A stretch of DNA of 64,000 bases from Candidatus Multivorans sp. Lineage in GTDB: Bacteria > Acidobacteriota > Thermoanaerobaculia > Multivoradales > Multivoraceae. The DNA is taken from positions 3,408,236-3,472,235 of the forward strand of contig OZ250177.1 in the NCBI GenBank assembly GCA_965238135.1, written 5' to 3'. Position numbers and translations under genes: made by a program. Of this stretch, positions 8,670 through 17,505 are shown in pieces (positions within the stretch are counted from its first letter, which is position 1; the number at the start of each line of letters is the position of its first letter). The notes beneath the pieces are model-generated. The model was not told the DNA's origin, ran no database searches, and saw only the letters and a list, made by a program, of their open reading frames with translations.

Positions 8670-9716
8670 CTACCAGGTGAGTCGCGTCTTCATCCACCCG
8701 GACGTGTTGTGGAAGTCGGACACCGCGCTGCCGGGCGGCACCAGGGCGTCGCAGGCGGTGGCGATATCGGGGTCGAGCGTCATCTCCTGGACCGCCACGA
8801 GTTCGTCGAAGTGCTCGCAGGTCCGGGGGCCGATCAACGGCGCGGTGATGCCGGGCTGGTCCTTGCACCACAGGATCGCCAACTGGGCCGGCGTGATCCC
8901 GGCCTCGGCTGCTAGCTTGCCGAACTCGACCCCGACCTGGATTGCCCGGTCGGTGACCCGCCGCGCGTAGTACTTGCCGAGCAGGTCGGCACGGGAGCCT
9001 TCGGGGTACTTCTCCGCATCGGAGTAGCGGCCCGCCAGCACGCCCATCCCCAGCGGCGCCCAGGCGAGGATGCCGAGACCGTGCTTCTCGCACAGCGGGA
9101 TCAACTCGTTCTCGATCCGCCGGTCGAGCAGGTTGTAGGGCGCCTGCTCGGATGAGAAGCGGACGTAGCCCTTCATCTCGCTCACCATCAGCGCTTCCAT
9201 CACGCTCCAGGCGGGGTACGTCGAGCAGCCGATGGACAGGACCTTACCGGCCCGGACCAGGTCGTCGAAGGCGCGCAGCGTCTCGTCGATGGGGATGCCG
9301 AAGTCCGGCCGGTGAGTCTGGTACAGGTCGATGTGGTCCGTCTGCAGGCGCCGAAGCGCCGCGTCGCACGCGTTGAGAATCCCGGCCCGGGAGAGCCCCT
9401 GCTCGTTCGGGTTGTGCCCCGCCACGTGCTCCGACCGGGCGAGACCGGTCTGTTCGTCGAACTGGCCGGGATAGACCTTCGTCGAGATCACGACCTCGTG
9501 ACGCCGGCCCGTCTCCTTGAGCACACTGCCGACGATTCGCTCCGCCCGGCCGTCGCCGTAGATGTGACCGAGATCGATCAGGTTGACGCCGGCGTCGAGC
9601 GTCCGCTCGATGATCCGCCGCGCTTCGTCTTCTGGCGTCACATCGCCGAAGTTGCTCGTGCCGAGACCGAGCGGCGAGACCTTCAGGCCGGTACGGCCGA
9701 GGGTGCGGTAGTTCAT
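8670..9716 (-). CDS. aldo/keto reductase
   Basis: MNYRTLGRTGLKVSPLGLGTSNFG is the AKR N-terminus. The protein is full length at 348 aa. Confidence 0.9.
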   Translation of the reverse strand: MNYRTLGRTGLKVSPLGLGTSNFGDVTPEDEARRIIERTLDAGVNLIDLGHIYGDGRAERIVGSVLKETGRRHEVVISTKVYPGQFDEQTGLARSEHVAGHNPNEQGLSRAGILNACDAALRRLQTDHIDLYQTHRPDFGIPIDETLRAFDDLVRAGKVLSIGCSTYPAWSVMEALMVSEMKGYVRFSSEQAPYNLLDRRIENELIPLCEKHGLGILAWAPLGMGVLAGRYSDAEKYPEGSRADLLGKYYARRVTDRAIQVGVEFGKLAAEAGITPAQLAILWCKDQPGITAPLIGPRTCEHFDELVAVQEMTLDPDIATACDALVPPGSAVSDFHNTSGWMKTRLTW

Positions 9717-9798
9717 GTCAGGAAGGCTCCTCTGTGTTCCGGGGCTGCTGCCAACGAGCTCGTTGGCAACAGGATTGTTGGCAAGACGAGCCGCCTTC

Positions 9799-10701
9799 CT
9801 ACATGCGGTCCGCGAGCTGCAGCGCCGGATCGAACAGGCGATTCGGCGCCTCGTTCTCGCCCAGGAGAAACCGGATCTCGTCGTCGTAGCCGGTCATCTC
9901 CCAGCGGATGAGCGAGATCGGGATGATGCCGCCGGCGAGGAACTCGTCGATGAAGTCTCTGAGCACGAAGTCGTCGCCGAGTTGCATCGCGCGTTCGCGG
10001 AAAAGTTTCATGAAGTGGGCCTTGCCGACCACGACGCCGGTGTGGAAGCCGGGGAAGCGCAGGTTGGACTCCATCTCGTACAAGACCATGCGCTCGTCCT
10101 CCTGGGACCAGCCCTTGGCCATCAGCGCGGCACACAGCTTTCTCGACTCGTCGAAGGTGATCAGGTTCGCGTGCATCGCGAGGTCCGGCAGCGCCAGGCT
10201 CATGTGGGAGATGTTCATCAGGTACTCGACCTCGCGGCCGCGCCGCGGCCGCTCATCGAGGACGCCGGCCTGCATCAGGAGCTCCTCCAGGGCGACGGCC
10301 CAGCCTTCCATCCGCATCCAGTCCATGTTGAAGCGACGGTTTGCGCCGCGGATCGGCCGCTCGTCGCGCTGTCGCCGCTGGTCGTCGAACATGTGGCCGA
10401 CGTACTCGTGGGACTCGCCGGGCAGGATCTCGCGCTCGCGGGCCTTGTGGTCGATGCTCGGGTCGGACGGGAGTGGTTCGGGCTCCGAGACCGGCCAGTC
10501 GTCGATCTCGATCGCGGCGAGCCGCGCCTTGTAGTTCTCGAGGCCTTGGCGTTGCCGCTCCATCGCCTCGGCGGTGTAGTCGGGCACGCCGCCCACGATC
10601 TCGGGCTCCTGGAAGACGCGGAAGTCCTCGAAGAGCTGCAGGAGACATGCGGGCTCCTTCTCAGCGAAGTGGCGGGTCTTCTTGGCGTCCGAGAGGGCTA
10701 C
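9799..10701 (-). pseudogene. DUF885-like metallopeptidase-fold protein, C-terminal half only
   Basis: HEYVGH, EGWAVALEELLMQAG and FIDEFLAGGIIPISL blocks resemble the C-terminal half of DUF885 (about 550-600 aa when intact). The frame is closed by a stop at 10702-10704. The first start candidate is the GTG at 10596. Confidence 0.5.
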
Positions 10702-10720
10702 TCACTGGCAAGCTCCGCGA

Positions 10721-10749
10721 TTGACAGGAGTTGTCCATGAGGCAATAGT
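10721..10749 (+). promoter_or_regulatory. sigma70-like promoter facing the three-gene cassette
   Basis: TTGACA (10721-10726), a 17-nt spacer, then AATAGT (10744-10749). It lies about 190 nt upstream of the ATG at 10937. Confidence 0.35.
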
Positions 10750-10936
10750 CAGCGTGTGCTCGGCCAGGAGACCGTGCCCGGGCGTCCCACGTTGGGCATC
10801 GCCGACCTCCACCGCCGATGGTACTCCTCGGGCGGAGAGAGGGTGATACCGTGCCCGGCCCCCGGAGGGGCACTGACCTGCCGGTCACACTCCAGAGGCG
10901 ATGGACGTCCGGTGCCCCGGACCAGGGTTCGCGGCA

Positions 10937-11704
10937 ATGACTAACTCCTCCCGGCCAAATCGCATTCGCACACTGGCCAACGCGCCGATTCGGGAGGCGC
11001 TGATAGACCTCCGCTGCGAGTTGCCGGAAGGTCAGGACGCCGAGCTGTTGGCCAGATTCGATGCCGCTCATCGGGGGATCGAGAGCGAGTTCCCCGAGAA
11101 GGGGAAGAACTACGCGGCGAGTGTTTCTGCCGAGTTGAAAGAAGGTACGGATCCAGCAGTTGCCGCGACCGCGGCGTTGCGTGGATACCACTTCAGGAAC
11201 TCTCAAGGAGACAAGATCGTCCAGTTTCGCCTTGATGGCTTCACTTTCAACAAGCTGCGCCCCTATACGAAATGGGCGCAACTCCGGGCGGAGGCTGAGA
11301 CTCTGTGGACGAAGTACAGGTCGTTGTTGTCGGAAGTTCGGGTTACGAGGGTTGGCGTCCGTTACATCAACGAGATCCAGGTTGCCCCCGGGGTCGGTTT
11401 CGAGACCATCTTCGTAGAGCCCCTGAGACAGCCGCTGGGCTTCGGTAAGGGTCGAATTCGGCAGTCTTTGGAGCGACTTCAAGTCTCGAGTCACGACGCC
11501 TTCGAGAGGACGATAGTGACCCGCCTAGCTAGAGAAGAGAAAGCGGGGTTCACTGTGATCCTCGATATCGACGCCTTTGCCGTGGCGCCAGATGGGGCCT
11601 TCGAGGACTGCGAGGTGTGGGCGCGTATTGACGAACTTCGTAGCCGGAAGAACGAGATCTTCTTCAGCAGTTTGACTGCCAACGGAATCGAGAGGTACGC
11701 ATGA
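10937..11704 (+). CDS. TIGR04255-like uncharacterised protein
   Basis: N-terminal NAPIREALIDLRCE, central RVGVRYINEI and C-terminal ILDIDAF...EIFFSSLT match my memory of the TIGR04255 family layout (about 260 aa). Local GC is visibly lower than in the flanks. Confidence 0.6.
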   Translation: MTNSSRPNRIRTLANAPIREALIDLRCELPEGQDAELLARFDAAHRGIESEFPEKGKNYAASVSAELKEGTDPAVAATAALRGYHFRNSQGDKIVQFRLDGFTFNKLRPYTKWAQLRAEAETLWTKYRSLLSEVRVTRVGVRYINEIQVAPGVGFETIFVEPLRQPLGFGKGRIRQSLERLQVSSHDAFERTIVTRLAREEKAGFTVILDIDAFAVAPDGAFEDCEVWARIDELRSRKNEIFFSSLTANGIERYA

Positions 11705-12201
11705 GTCTAGTTGCCGTAGAAGCTCAGGATTGGGTGGGACAACTCGGGAGGCGGCGCTCGACGGCTGTTGGGCCGGAGGCGTTTCGAATCGATAGGGAGG
11801 AAGAGACTTCGGAATCAGCAGTCTCCGCATGGCAGTTGTCGAGACAGGATGCCAGGAGGAACCTGTGGGAGATCTTCGAAGAGGCGTCCGTTCCCGGCTG
11901 GGACGGTGACGATGCCAGGCCGCTCTCGCGCCGCGCGAAGGACGCCGTAGTCGATGCTCTCTTCACCCTTGCGCCCCATCTACCGATTCCCGAGATAGTG
12001 CCTGAGCCCGACGGTGGCGTGGCCATGGAGTGGTCGAGTGACAGTACGCACTCTCTGATTGTGAGTTTCGGGCCGGATGGCGACCTCTACTTTGCCGTTC
12101 ACGTGCCGGGTCGGCGAGAGTCGGGCCGACGCCCTTTCGACGCCCAACTTCCCTCGGATCTGCTGGGGCTCGCGAAGGAGGCCGCGGCTGACGATCCGTG
12201 A
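11701..12201 (+). CDS. hypothetical protein (PGWDGDDA...PEPDGGVAMEW motif)
   Basis: The ATG overlaps the upstream stop in an ATGA at 11701-11704. The gene shares orientation and lower GC with its neighbours. I recognise no family. Confidence 0.5.
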   Translation: MSLVAVEAQDWVGQLGRRRSTAVGPEAFRIDREEETSESAVSAWQLSRQDARRNLWEIFEEASVPGWDGDDARPLSRRAKDAVVDALFTLAPHLPIPEIVPEPDGGVAMEWSSDSTHSLIVSFGPDGDLYFAVHVPGRRESGRRPFDAQLPSDLLGLAKEAAADDP

Positions 12202-12580
12202 TCGGGAGTCCGTTGCCCGGTTCCTTTACACGAAGAGTCACTTCTCCGTCGCCAAGAGGACGGTGAAGCACGCTGCCTTTATGCCCCCCAGTGATCTCCG
12301 AACGTCGGTCTACCGAATTGACGGGCTGGATGAGACAGGGGTGCGCCAGCTAGCTTCCGAAACATCTCGGAAGACTTCGTTCAAGGGACACGGGGTCTTC
12401 TTGGCGGCTGATGTGCGATCAGTGTCTCAACTGGATGTCGTTCCCGAAACGAGTCGACATCCGCTTCACGCCGACATTGTGGGTTGGCCGACAGAACGAG
12501 AGAAGCGGATTGAACTCGCCAGCCTGCTTGCTGCCAAGGCTGAATTTGTACCGTCAGCGCCGGGACCCAGCTCGGCTTGA
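12077..12580 (+). CDS. hypothetical protein (conserved-looking core FMPPSDLRTSVYRIDG...HADIVGWP); start uncertain
   Basis: This is the longest ORF, from the ATG at 12077, and it overlaps the previous gene by 125 nt. After the upstream stop at 12199-12201 the first canonical starts are the GTG at 12263 and the ATG at 12281. Confidence 0.45.
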   Translation: MATSTLPFTCRVGESRADALSTPNFPRICWGSRRRPRLTIRDRESVARFLYTKSHFSVAKRTVKHAAFMPPSDLRTSVYRIDGLDETGVRQLASETSRKTSFKGHGVFLAADVRSVSQLDVVPETSRHPLHADIVGWPTEREKRIELASLLAAKAEFVPSAPGPSSA

Positions 12581-12639
12581 CGGTGAGGTCGTGTACACGG
12601 CCGAATTGACCACCCGGCCGCGGGAGCACTGCTGCCGAT

Positions 12640-14223
12640 CTATGGAATGTTGACCAGGGTGTAGTACGCCTCCGGGTGGAGAAGCGGCTCGCCGCCCTTG
12701 CTCCGGACTCCGTCGAGATGCAACTCGTGGACGTAGCCGGCGCGCAGCGGCTCGACGGTCAGGCGGACGCTCATGCCGTCGGCGGCGACCCGGGCGGATC
12801 GGATGGCGACCCGCAACTTGTCGTCCTCGGGCCCGCCGTAGCTCGCGCTGAGGCGGTAGGTGTAGCTCTGCATGCGGTAGGACGCGGTGTCCCCTGCGCT
12901 GTCCCGATCCACCGGCCGGGTGAACGTGAGTTCGAAGCCGTCGGGCTGCGCGCGCATCTCGTGGATCTCGAACGGCACGGCGCCGGTCCAGACGATCCGC
13001 TGGAGACCGTGCGGCTCGGGGCCGACGCCGCCCCAGCCGCGGTCCGACATGCCGGCGAAGAGCGATCCGTCGTCAGCGAACGCGAGGCGAATCACCCCGC
13101 TGTCGAGGCCGCGCCGGAAGTTGAACGCGGCGCCCTGCCAGTGGCCGCCGATCTTCTCCAGGAACACCCGCATGACCATCGCGTGATGCTGGTCGCCGAT
13201 GAAGAGCTGGCCGGCGAAGGGCCCGAACTTGCCGCCGGTCGTGTCCCACTTGAGACCGCTGGGGGACTGCCCCATCTTCACGTAGGGGAACCACACCGAC
13301 GGCATGCGGAAGTTCGGAATCGCCTGGTGCAGGTCCTTCATGAAGGTCCCGCCCTGCGGCTGGCCGTCCGGCGGCGGCTCGACCTTGGACTCGGGTAGGT
13401 GGGTGGAAGCCATGCCGTGGGGATGACCATGAAAGTCGCCCACATCGATCAGCGAGAGCTTCGAGGCGTTGTTCCACTCGCCCTGGTTGTCCGTGTAGAA
13501 GACCTCGCCCCAGGGGCTGACCTCGACGCCGGCGGGAGAGCGCAGGCCGGCGGCGACGAACTCGGCGTCGCCGCTCGCGGGATCGATTCGGACCGCCCAG
13601 CCCCGCCAGTCCGCGAACCCGTAGGGCTGGGCGCCGAAGGGGATGTTCAGCGTCACCCAGATCTTGCCGTCCGGCGTCAGGCGCGGTCCGAAAACGTACT
13701 CGTGGTAGTCGCCGCTGGTTTCCCAGGCATCCGTGACGGTCTCGAAGACATCGGCCCGGTCGTCGCCGTCGGTGTCCTTGATCCGCGTCAGCTCGCCTCG
13801 CTGTGCCGTGTAGATCCAGCCGTCGAGTTCGAGCAGGCCGAGCGGCTGCCCGAGGCCGAAGGCGTACTGCTTGAACGTCGGTTGCGGCGGATCGCTGAAC
13901 GCGTTCTCGACGATGAAGATCTCGCCCCGCCGGGTTCCCGCCATGATGCGGCCGTCCGAGAGCTGCAACAGCCCGCCGACCTCCATCGACATGCCCTCCT
14001 CGAGGGGCATCGTGAGCAGCCGGTAGGACAGATCCTCCGCGGCGGCCTGCGCGCCGATGGCGTCCTGCTGGCGGGCGAGGATCTGCTTCTCCGTCTCTTC
14101 GCGCAGGCCATCGTCCAGGGGTTCCTGGGCCAGAAGGGCCAGGGGCAGGGAGATCAGCAGGGCGAGCAGCGCCGTGGCGGCGGCGCGGCCGGGTTGCAAG
14201 GTGTTTGCGCTCACGAGGGCCAT
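12640..14223 (-). CDS. secreted beta-propeller protein, sugar-dehydrogenase-like (membrane-bound dehydrogenase domain type)
   Basis: Signal peptide ALLALLISLPLALLAQEP. The DTDGDDRADVFETV and GLGQPLGLLELDGWIYT blocks resemble the SGL/PQQ-type propellers found fused or adjacent to heme-binding domains. It lies 4 nt downstream of the cytochrome gene. Confidence 0.55.
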   Translation of the reverse strand: MALVSANTLQPGRAAATALLALLISLPLALLAQEPLDDGLREETEKQILARQQDAIGAQAAAEDLSYRLLTMPLEEGMSMEVGGLLQLSDGRIMAGTRRGEIFIVENAFSDPPQPTFKQYAFGLGQPLGLLELDGWIYTAQRGELTRIKDTDGDDRADVFETVTDAWETSGDYHEYVFGPRLTPDGKIWVTLNIPFGAQPYGFADWRGWAVRIDPASGDAEFVAAGLRSPAGVEVSPWGEVFYTDNQGEWNNASKLSLIDVGDFHGHPHGMASTHLPESKVEPPPDGQPQGGTFMKDLHQAIPNFRMPSVWFPYVKMGQSPSGLKWDTTGGKFGPFAGQLFIGDQHHAMVMRVFLEKIGGHWQGAAFNFRRGLDSGVIRLAFADDGSLFAGMSDRGWGGVGPEPHGLQRIVWTGAVPFEIHEMRAQPDGFELTFTRPVDRDSAGDTASYRMQSYTYRLSASYGGPEDDKLRVAIRSARVAADGMSVRLTVEPLRAGYVHELHLDGVRSKGGEPLLHPEAYYTLVNIP

Positions 14224-14227
14224 AGGA

Positions 14228-17170
14228 TCACCAGGACAGGGTCACATCGAGCTGGAGCGTTTCGCCTGGTGCGAGGTCGATGCGCTGCAGCAGTTGGCGG
14301 ACGCCCTGGGACTCCCGGACGAACGGCGCGAGGTCCGCTTCGAAGGCATCGGAGGCGATCGATACGTCGAGCCGGCCATCGACGCTCCAGGAGCGCTCCG
14401 ACTTCGAGGCGATCTCCTCACCCTCGGCCAGCAACAGATAGAGCGGACGGGGGTCCGAGCCGGCGGAGAGCCGGAAGCGGCGGATCAGGTTCGTGCCGCC
14501 GCCGCTGTGCAGTGGCGTCGGCGCCTCCTCGATCAGGAGGTCGTGCAGGCGGTAGCGCAGCACCGGTCTGCCCTCGTCGTCGAGCCGGTAGCCGAGGAAG
14601 CGGCCGCCCACGTTGCGGTCGTTCCGCCCGGCGATGGGCCACGGACTGTCGATGTCGCTCAGGTCCGCGAAGGCCGGGCCGGGCGGAAGATCCAGCACGT
14701 CCGTGCCGTAGGGACCGAGGAACCGGCCCGCGCGGCCCTGCCACGTGCCCTTGGCATCGAAGAAACCGCCGCGCCAGATCTTCGCCAGGCGGACGTTGTT
14801 CGCGTCGAAGGCGACGTGGACGTTCTCCGGGTAGCCGATGGCGATCGACCGCGGTCCGACATCGATCATGAAGGTGCGGAACACGATCGGGCGCTCGTCC
14901 GGGACGAGAACCAGCTCGGCGCCGATGTTCGTGCCCTCGGGCGCGGGCATGGAAGTGCCGAGCGAGAGGGCGTTCCAGATCGCATCGATCTGGCCGTCCA
15001 TCGAACCGCCGCCGAGATGCTGGAAGTTGACGACGCCTTCGGGCCAGAACGAGGGCATGCGGGTTCCCGGGCGGATCGCGGCCGGATCCCGCAGGAGGCG
15101 TGCGACCCACCCGGGTCGCAACCGGTCATAGACGGTGGCCAGGTCGATGGTCGAGACGCCCTGGGCGGGATGGACGTGAACGTTGTGGCACGTGATGCAG
15201 CTCATGGACTTCTCGCCCAGCAGTTCAATCCCGTCGTCGACGGCTTCGGTCGAAAAGGCCGGCTCGTCGAGGTCGCCGGCCGCTGCGTCGGCGGTGGCCA
15301 GGGAGTCGGCGAGCTGATCGATTGCCTCGCCGGCGAAGTTCGGCATCCTGACTTCCATGAAGTCGCGGCGGACGTGCAGTTCGTCCGTCGTCAGAACCGA
15401 GTGCAGCGCTTTGGGCTTCAGCTTCCCGCCGATGGCGTGCAGGTCCGGCGGTAGGCGCCCCTCGTCGCCGAGGTCCTGGCCGCCGACCACGGCGAAGTAC
15501 GTCGCGCGCACCGGATCCGGGCCGCCGACTTCCGCGTCGCCGGCGCGTCGCTGGTGGCAGGCGTAGCAGTTGTAGCTCGCCATCGTGTGGACGATCTGGT
15601 CGGCGGGTGGCCGCGACTTCGCAAGATGGGGGAGCACCTCGAGTGCGGCCCGGATGGCGCGCCTCTGGTGGTCGGCGAGCGGATAGCGCGGCGAGGAGTC
15701 GCCCGTGTGCATGCCGGGTCCGTTGACCACGGCGGCCGGATCCAGCTCGGCGAGAGGCGGCGGAGCGGCGACGTCCCGCCGGTCGGGCTGGATTCCCGAG
15801 TAGCCGTGGCACGAGGCGCAGCCGTGGCGAACGAAGAGTCGCGCGCCCCAGCCCGCGTCCTCCGCGTCTCGCGAAACCAGGGTTCCCCCGTCCGGCCGCA
15901 GCCGCACGTTCTCGTAGCTGGTGTAGTCGTCGAGAACAGCGCCCCGGGGGAGGGAAGCGCCCTCGAGGTCGACGCGGAGAAAGGGCTCTCCCGTGTCGCC
16001 GCGAATGAAGTAGGTCACTTCCACCGGGTGATCTCCGGCCTCTAGCTGGAGTCGGATGTCCGCCTCCCGGGCGCTGCCGGCGGTCTTGGTGGCGACCACC
16101 TCGCCGTCAACGGCGAGCGAGGAACCCGAGCGGCGGTCCGAGGCCAGGGTGAACGTGTAAGGGCCTGTCGCCGGCGCCCGCATCACGCCGGCAAACCGGT
16201 ACGCGTGGTTGCCGTAGTTCATCTCGACCGGGAGGCGTAGCGACAGGCCGCGGATCCGACCCTCGGCGGCAGGTTCCATCGCGTCGAGGTCGGCAGGCGG
16301 CCGGTCGAAGAAGCCTCTTACGTCCTCGTCCTGCATGGGATCGAGGAAGTACTCGAACTCGAAGCCTGGCCGCCGCTCGACCACCTGCGGTTCCTGTTCC
16401 CGCAGCAGATAGATCGCGAGATCCTCCGCTTCCGCCGGGGTCAGGTACAGGGACGGCATGCGCCCGCCTGGCCTTGTCGACCGTGGGTCCAGGAGGAACT
16501 TCGAGAGCGCCGAGACAGAGGTCTTGCCGGCGAGATCCGGCAGAAGGACGGAGGGAATGGCCGGTTCGGCGCCGGCAGCCTCCGGCGCGTGGCAGGCGAC
16601 GCAACCGACGGAGTGGAACAGCCTGCGCCCCCGCTCCACCGCGGCCCGGAAGCGGAACACCGGGAACTCGTCCGCCACACTGCGGTTCGCATCGTCGGCC
16701 GGGTGCGGGGCCCCGTCCGGCTCGGGCGGCTCTTCCTCGTAGAACAGGTAGCGCGCGATGGAACGCGCGACGCGGTTCCCATCCTCGCGGTCGAGAGAGT
16801 GCAGGACCTCAGGCATCGTCGAGCCCGGCTTGTGTTCGTCCGGGTCGGCCAGGTAGGCGGTGAGCCACTCGACGGTGACCCGCTCGTTGAGCTCCGCGAG
16901 GTCGGGGGCCGTACGTGTGGGTATCCGTTTCGACACGTCGGGCGTCGGTTCATGGCAGGACAGGCAGTTCAGTTCGCCGAGCAGCACTTCGCCGAGGGCC
17001 GCCTCGCTGGCCGCGCCGGTGAGTCTCAGATGCTCGTAGCCCGGCACGACCGGTGTCGGCGCGGCCGGAACCGCCGGCTGGGCCTGAAGCGCCGCGCTCA
17101 GCGCCGCGGCCAGGACCGGGAAGACGAGCCGGCCGGACCGGCTCGAACGCGGTGCGCGGCGGCCGATCAC
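14228..17170 (-). CDS. five-heme c-type cytochrome with PA14-like domain
   Basis: Five CxxCH motifs are present (CLSCH, CVACH, CASCH, CYACH, CITCH). A PA14-like segment reads FEFEYFLD...YTFTLASDRRSGSSLAVDG. The likely GTG start at 17170 gives the signal peptide VIGRRAPRSSRSGRLVFPVLAAALSAALQAQP. The ORF upstream of that point is a GC-rich extension. Confidence 0.75.
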   Translation of the reverse strand: MIGRRAPRSSRSGRLVFPVLAAALSAALQAQPAVPAAPTPVVPGYEHLRLTGAASEAALGEVLLGELNCLSCHEPTPDVSKRIPTRTAPDLAELNERVTVEWLTAYLADPDEHKPGSTMPEVLHSLDREDGNRVARSIARYLFYEEEPPEPDGAPHPADDANRSVADEFPVFRFRAAVERGRRLFHSVGCVACHAPEAAGAEPAIPSVLLPDLAGKTSVSALSKFLLDPRSTRPGGRMPSLYLTPAEAEDLAIYLLREQEPQVVERRPGFEFEYFLDPMQDEDVRGFFDRPPADLDAMEPAAEGRIRGLSLRLPVEMNYGNHAYRFAGVMRAPATGPYTFTLASDRRSGSSLAVDGEVVATKTAGSAREADIRLQLEAGDHPVEVTYFIRGDTGEPFLRVDLEGASLPRGAVLDDYTSYENVRLRPDGGTLVSRDAEDAGWGARLFVRHGCASCHGYSGIQPDRRDVAAPPPLAELDPAAVVNGPGMHTGDSSPRYPLADHQRRAIRAALEVLPHLAKSRPPADQIVHTMASYNCYACHQRRAGDAEVGGPDPVRATYFAVVGGQDLGDEGRLPPDLHAIGGKLKPKALHSVLTTDELHVRRDFMEVRMPNFAGEAIDQLADSLATADAAAGDLDEPAFSTEAVDDGIELLGEKSMSCITCHNVHVHPAQGVSTIDLATVYDRLRPGWVARLLRDPAAIRPGTRMPSFWPEGVVNFQHLGGGSMDGQIDAIWNALSLGTSMPAPEGTNIGAELVLVPDERPIVFRTFMIDVGPRSIAIGYPENVHVAFDANNVRLAKIWRGGFFDAKGTWQGRAGRFLGPYGTDVLDLPPGPAFADLSDIDSPWPIAGRNDRNVGGRFLGYRLDDEGRPVLRYRLHDLLIEEAPTPLHSGGGTNLIRRFRLSAGSDPRPLYLLLAEGEEIASKSERSWSVDGRLDVSIASDAFEADLAPFVRESQGVRQLLQRIDLAPGETLQLDVTLSW

Positions 17171-17463
17171 ATCGGCCACTCGAGGCGTTCGGGGGCGACC
17201 GCGTAGTTGGAGAAGACGGGCCGCCAGGCTTCCCACTCCTCTCGCGTCCCGCGCCGGTCGGGCGAGGTGCTGACGTCTACGGCGAACCGCCCTGTCCGCT
17301 CGAGCGTCACCTTGACGGCGGCGCTGGTGCGTTCCCAATCGTGGTTGTTCACGCCGTCGATGATCAGGACCGGAATCCTCGCGTCCGCTCCGGCTGATTC
17401 GGCTCGCGGCGCCGTGCAGCCGCACACCAGAAGCAGGATCGCGATGGAGCGAGAAACGAACAT
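17167..17463 (-). pseudogene. ThuA-like lipoprotein, N-terminal about 98 aa only
   Basis: MFVSRSIAILLLVCGC is a lipobox. IPVLIIDGVNNHDWERTSAAVKVTLERTGRFAVDV matches the ThuA N-terminus, but ThuA domains are about 220 aa or more. The stop overlaps the cytochrome GTG (GTGA). Confidence 0.5.
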
Positions 17464-17505
17464 TCAATCGGCGGTTGAACACGATACACGAGCCGTTTTA
17501 GGAGT

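Noticed and set aside
10867-12637. Imperfect direct repeat GG(G/A)GCACTG(AC)CTGCCG at 10867-10884 and 12622-12637, flanking the three-gene cassette as possible att-like ends.
   Set aside because: The match is only about 14 of 16 positions with a 2-nt gap in GC-rich sequence, which is within chance expectation. The left copy lies inside the leader rather than at the compositional boundary.
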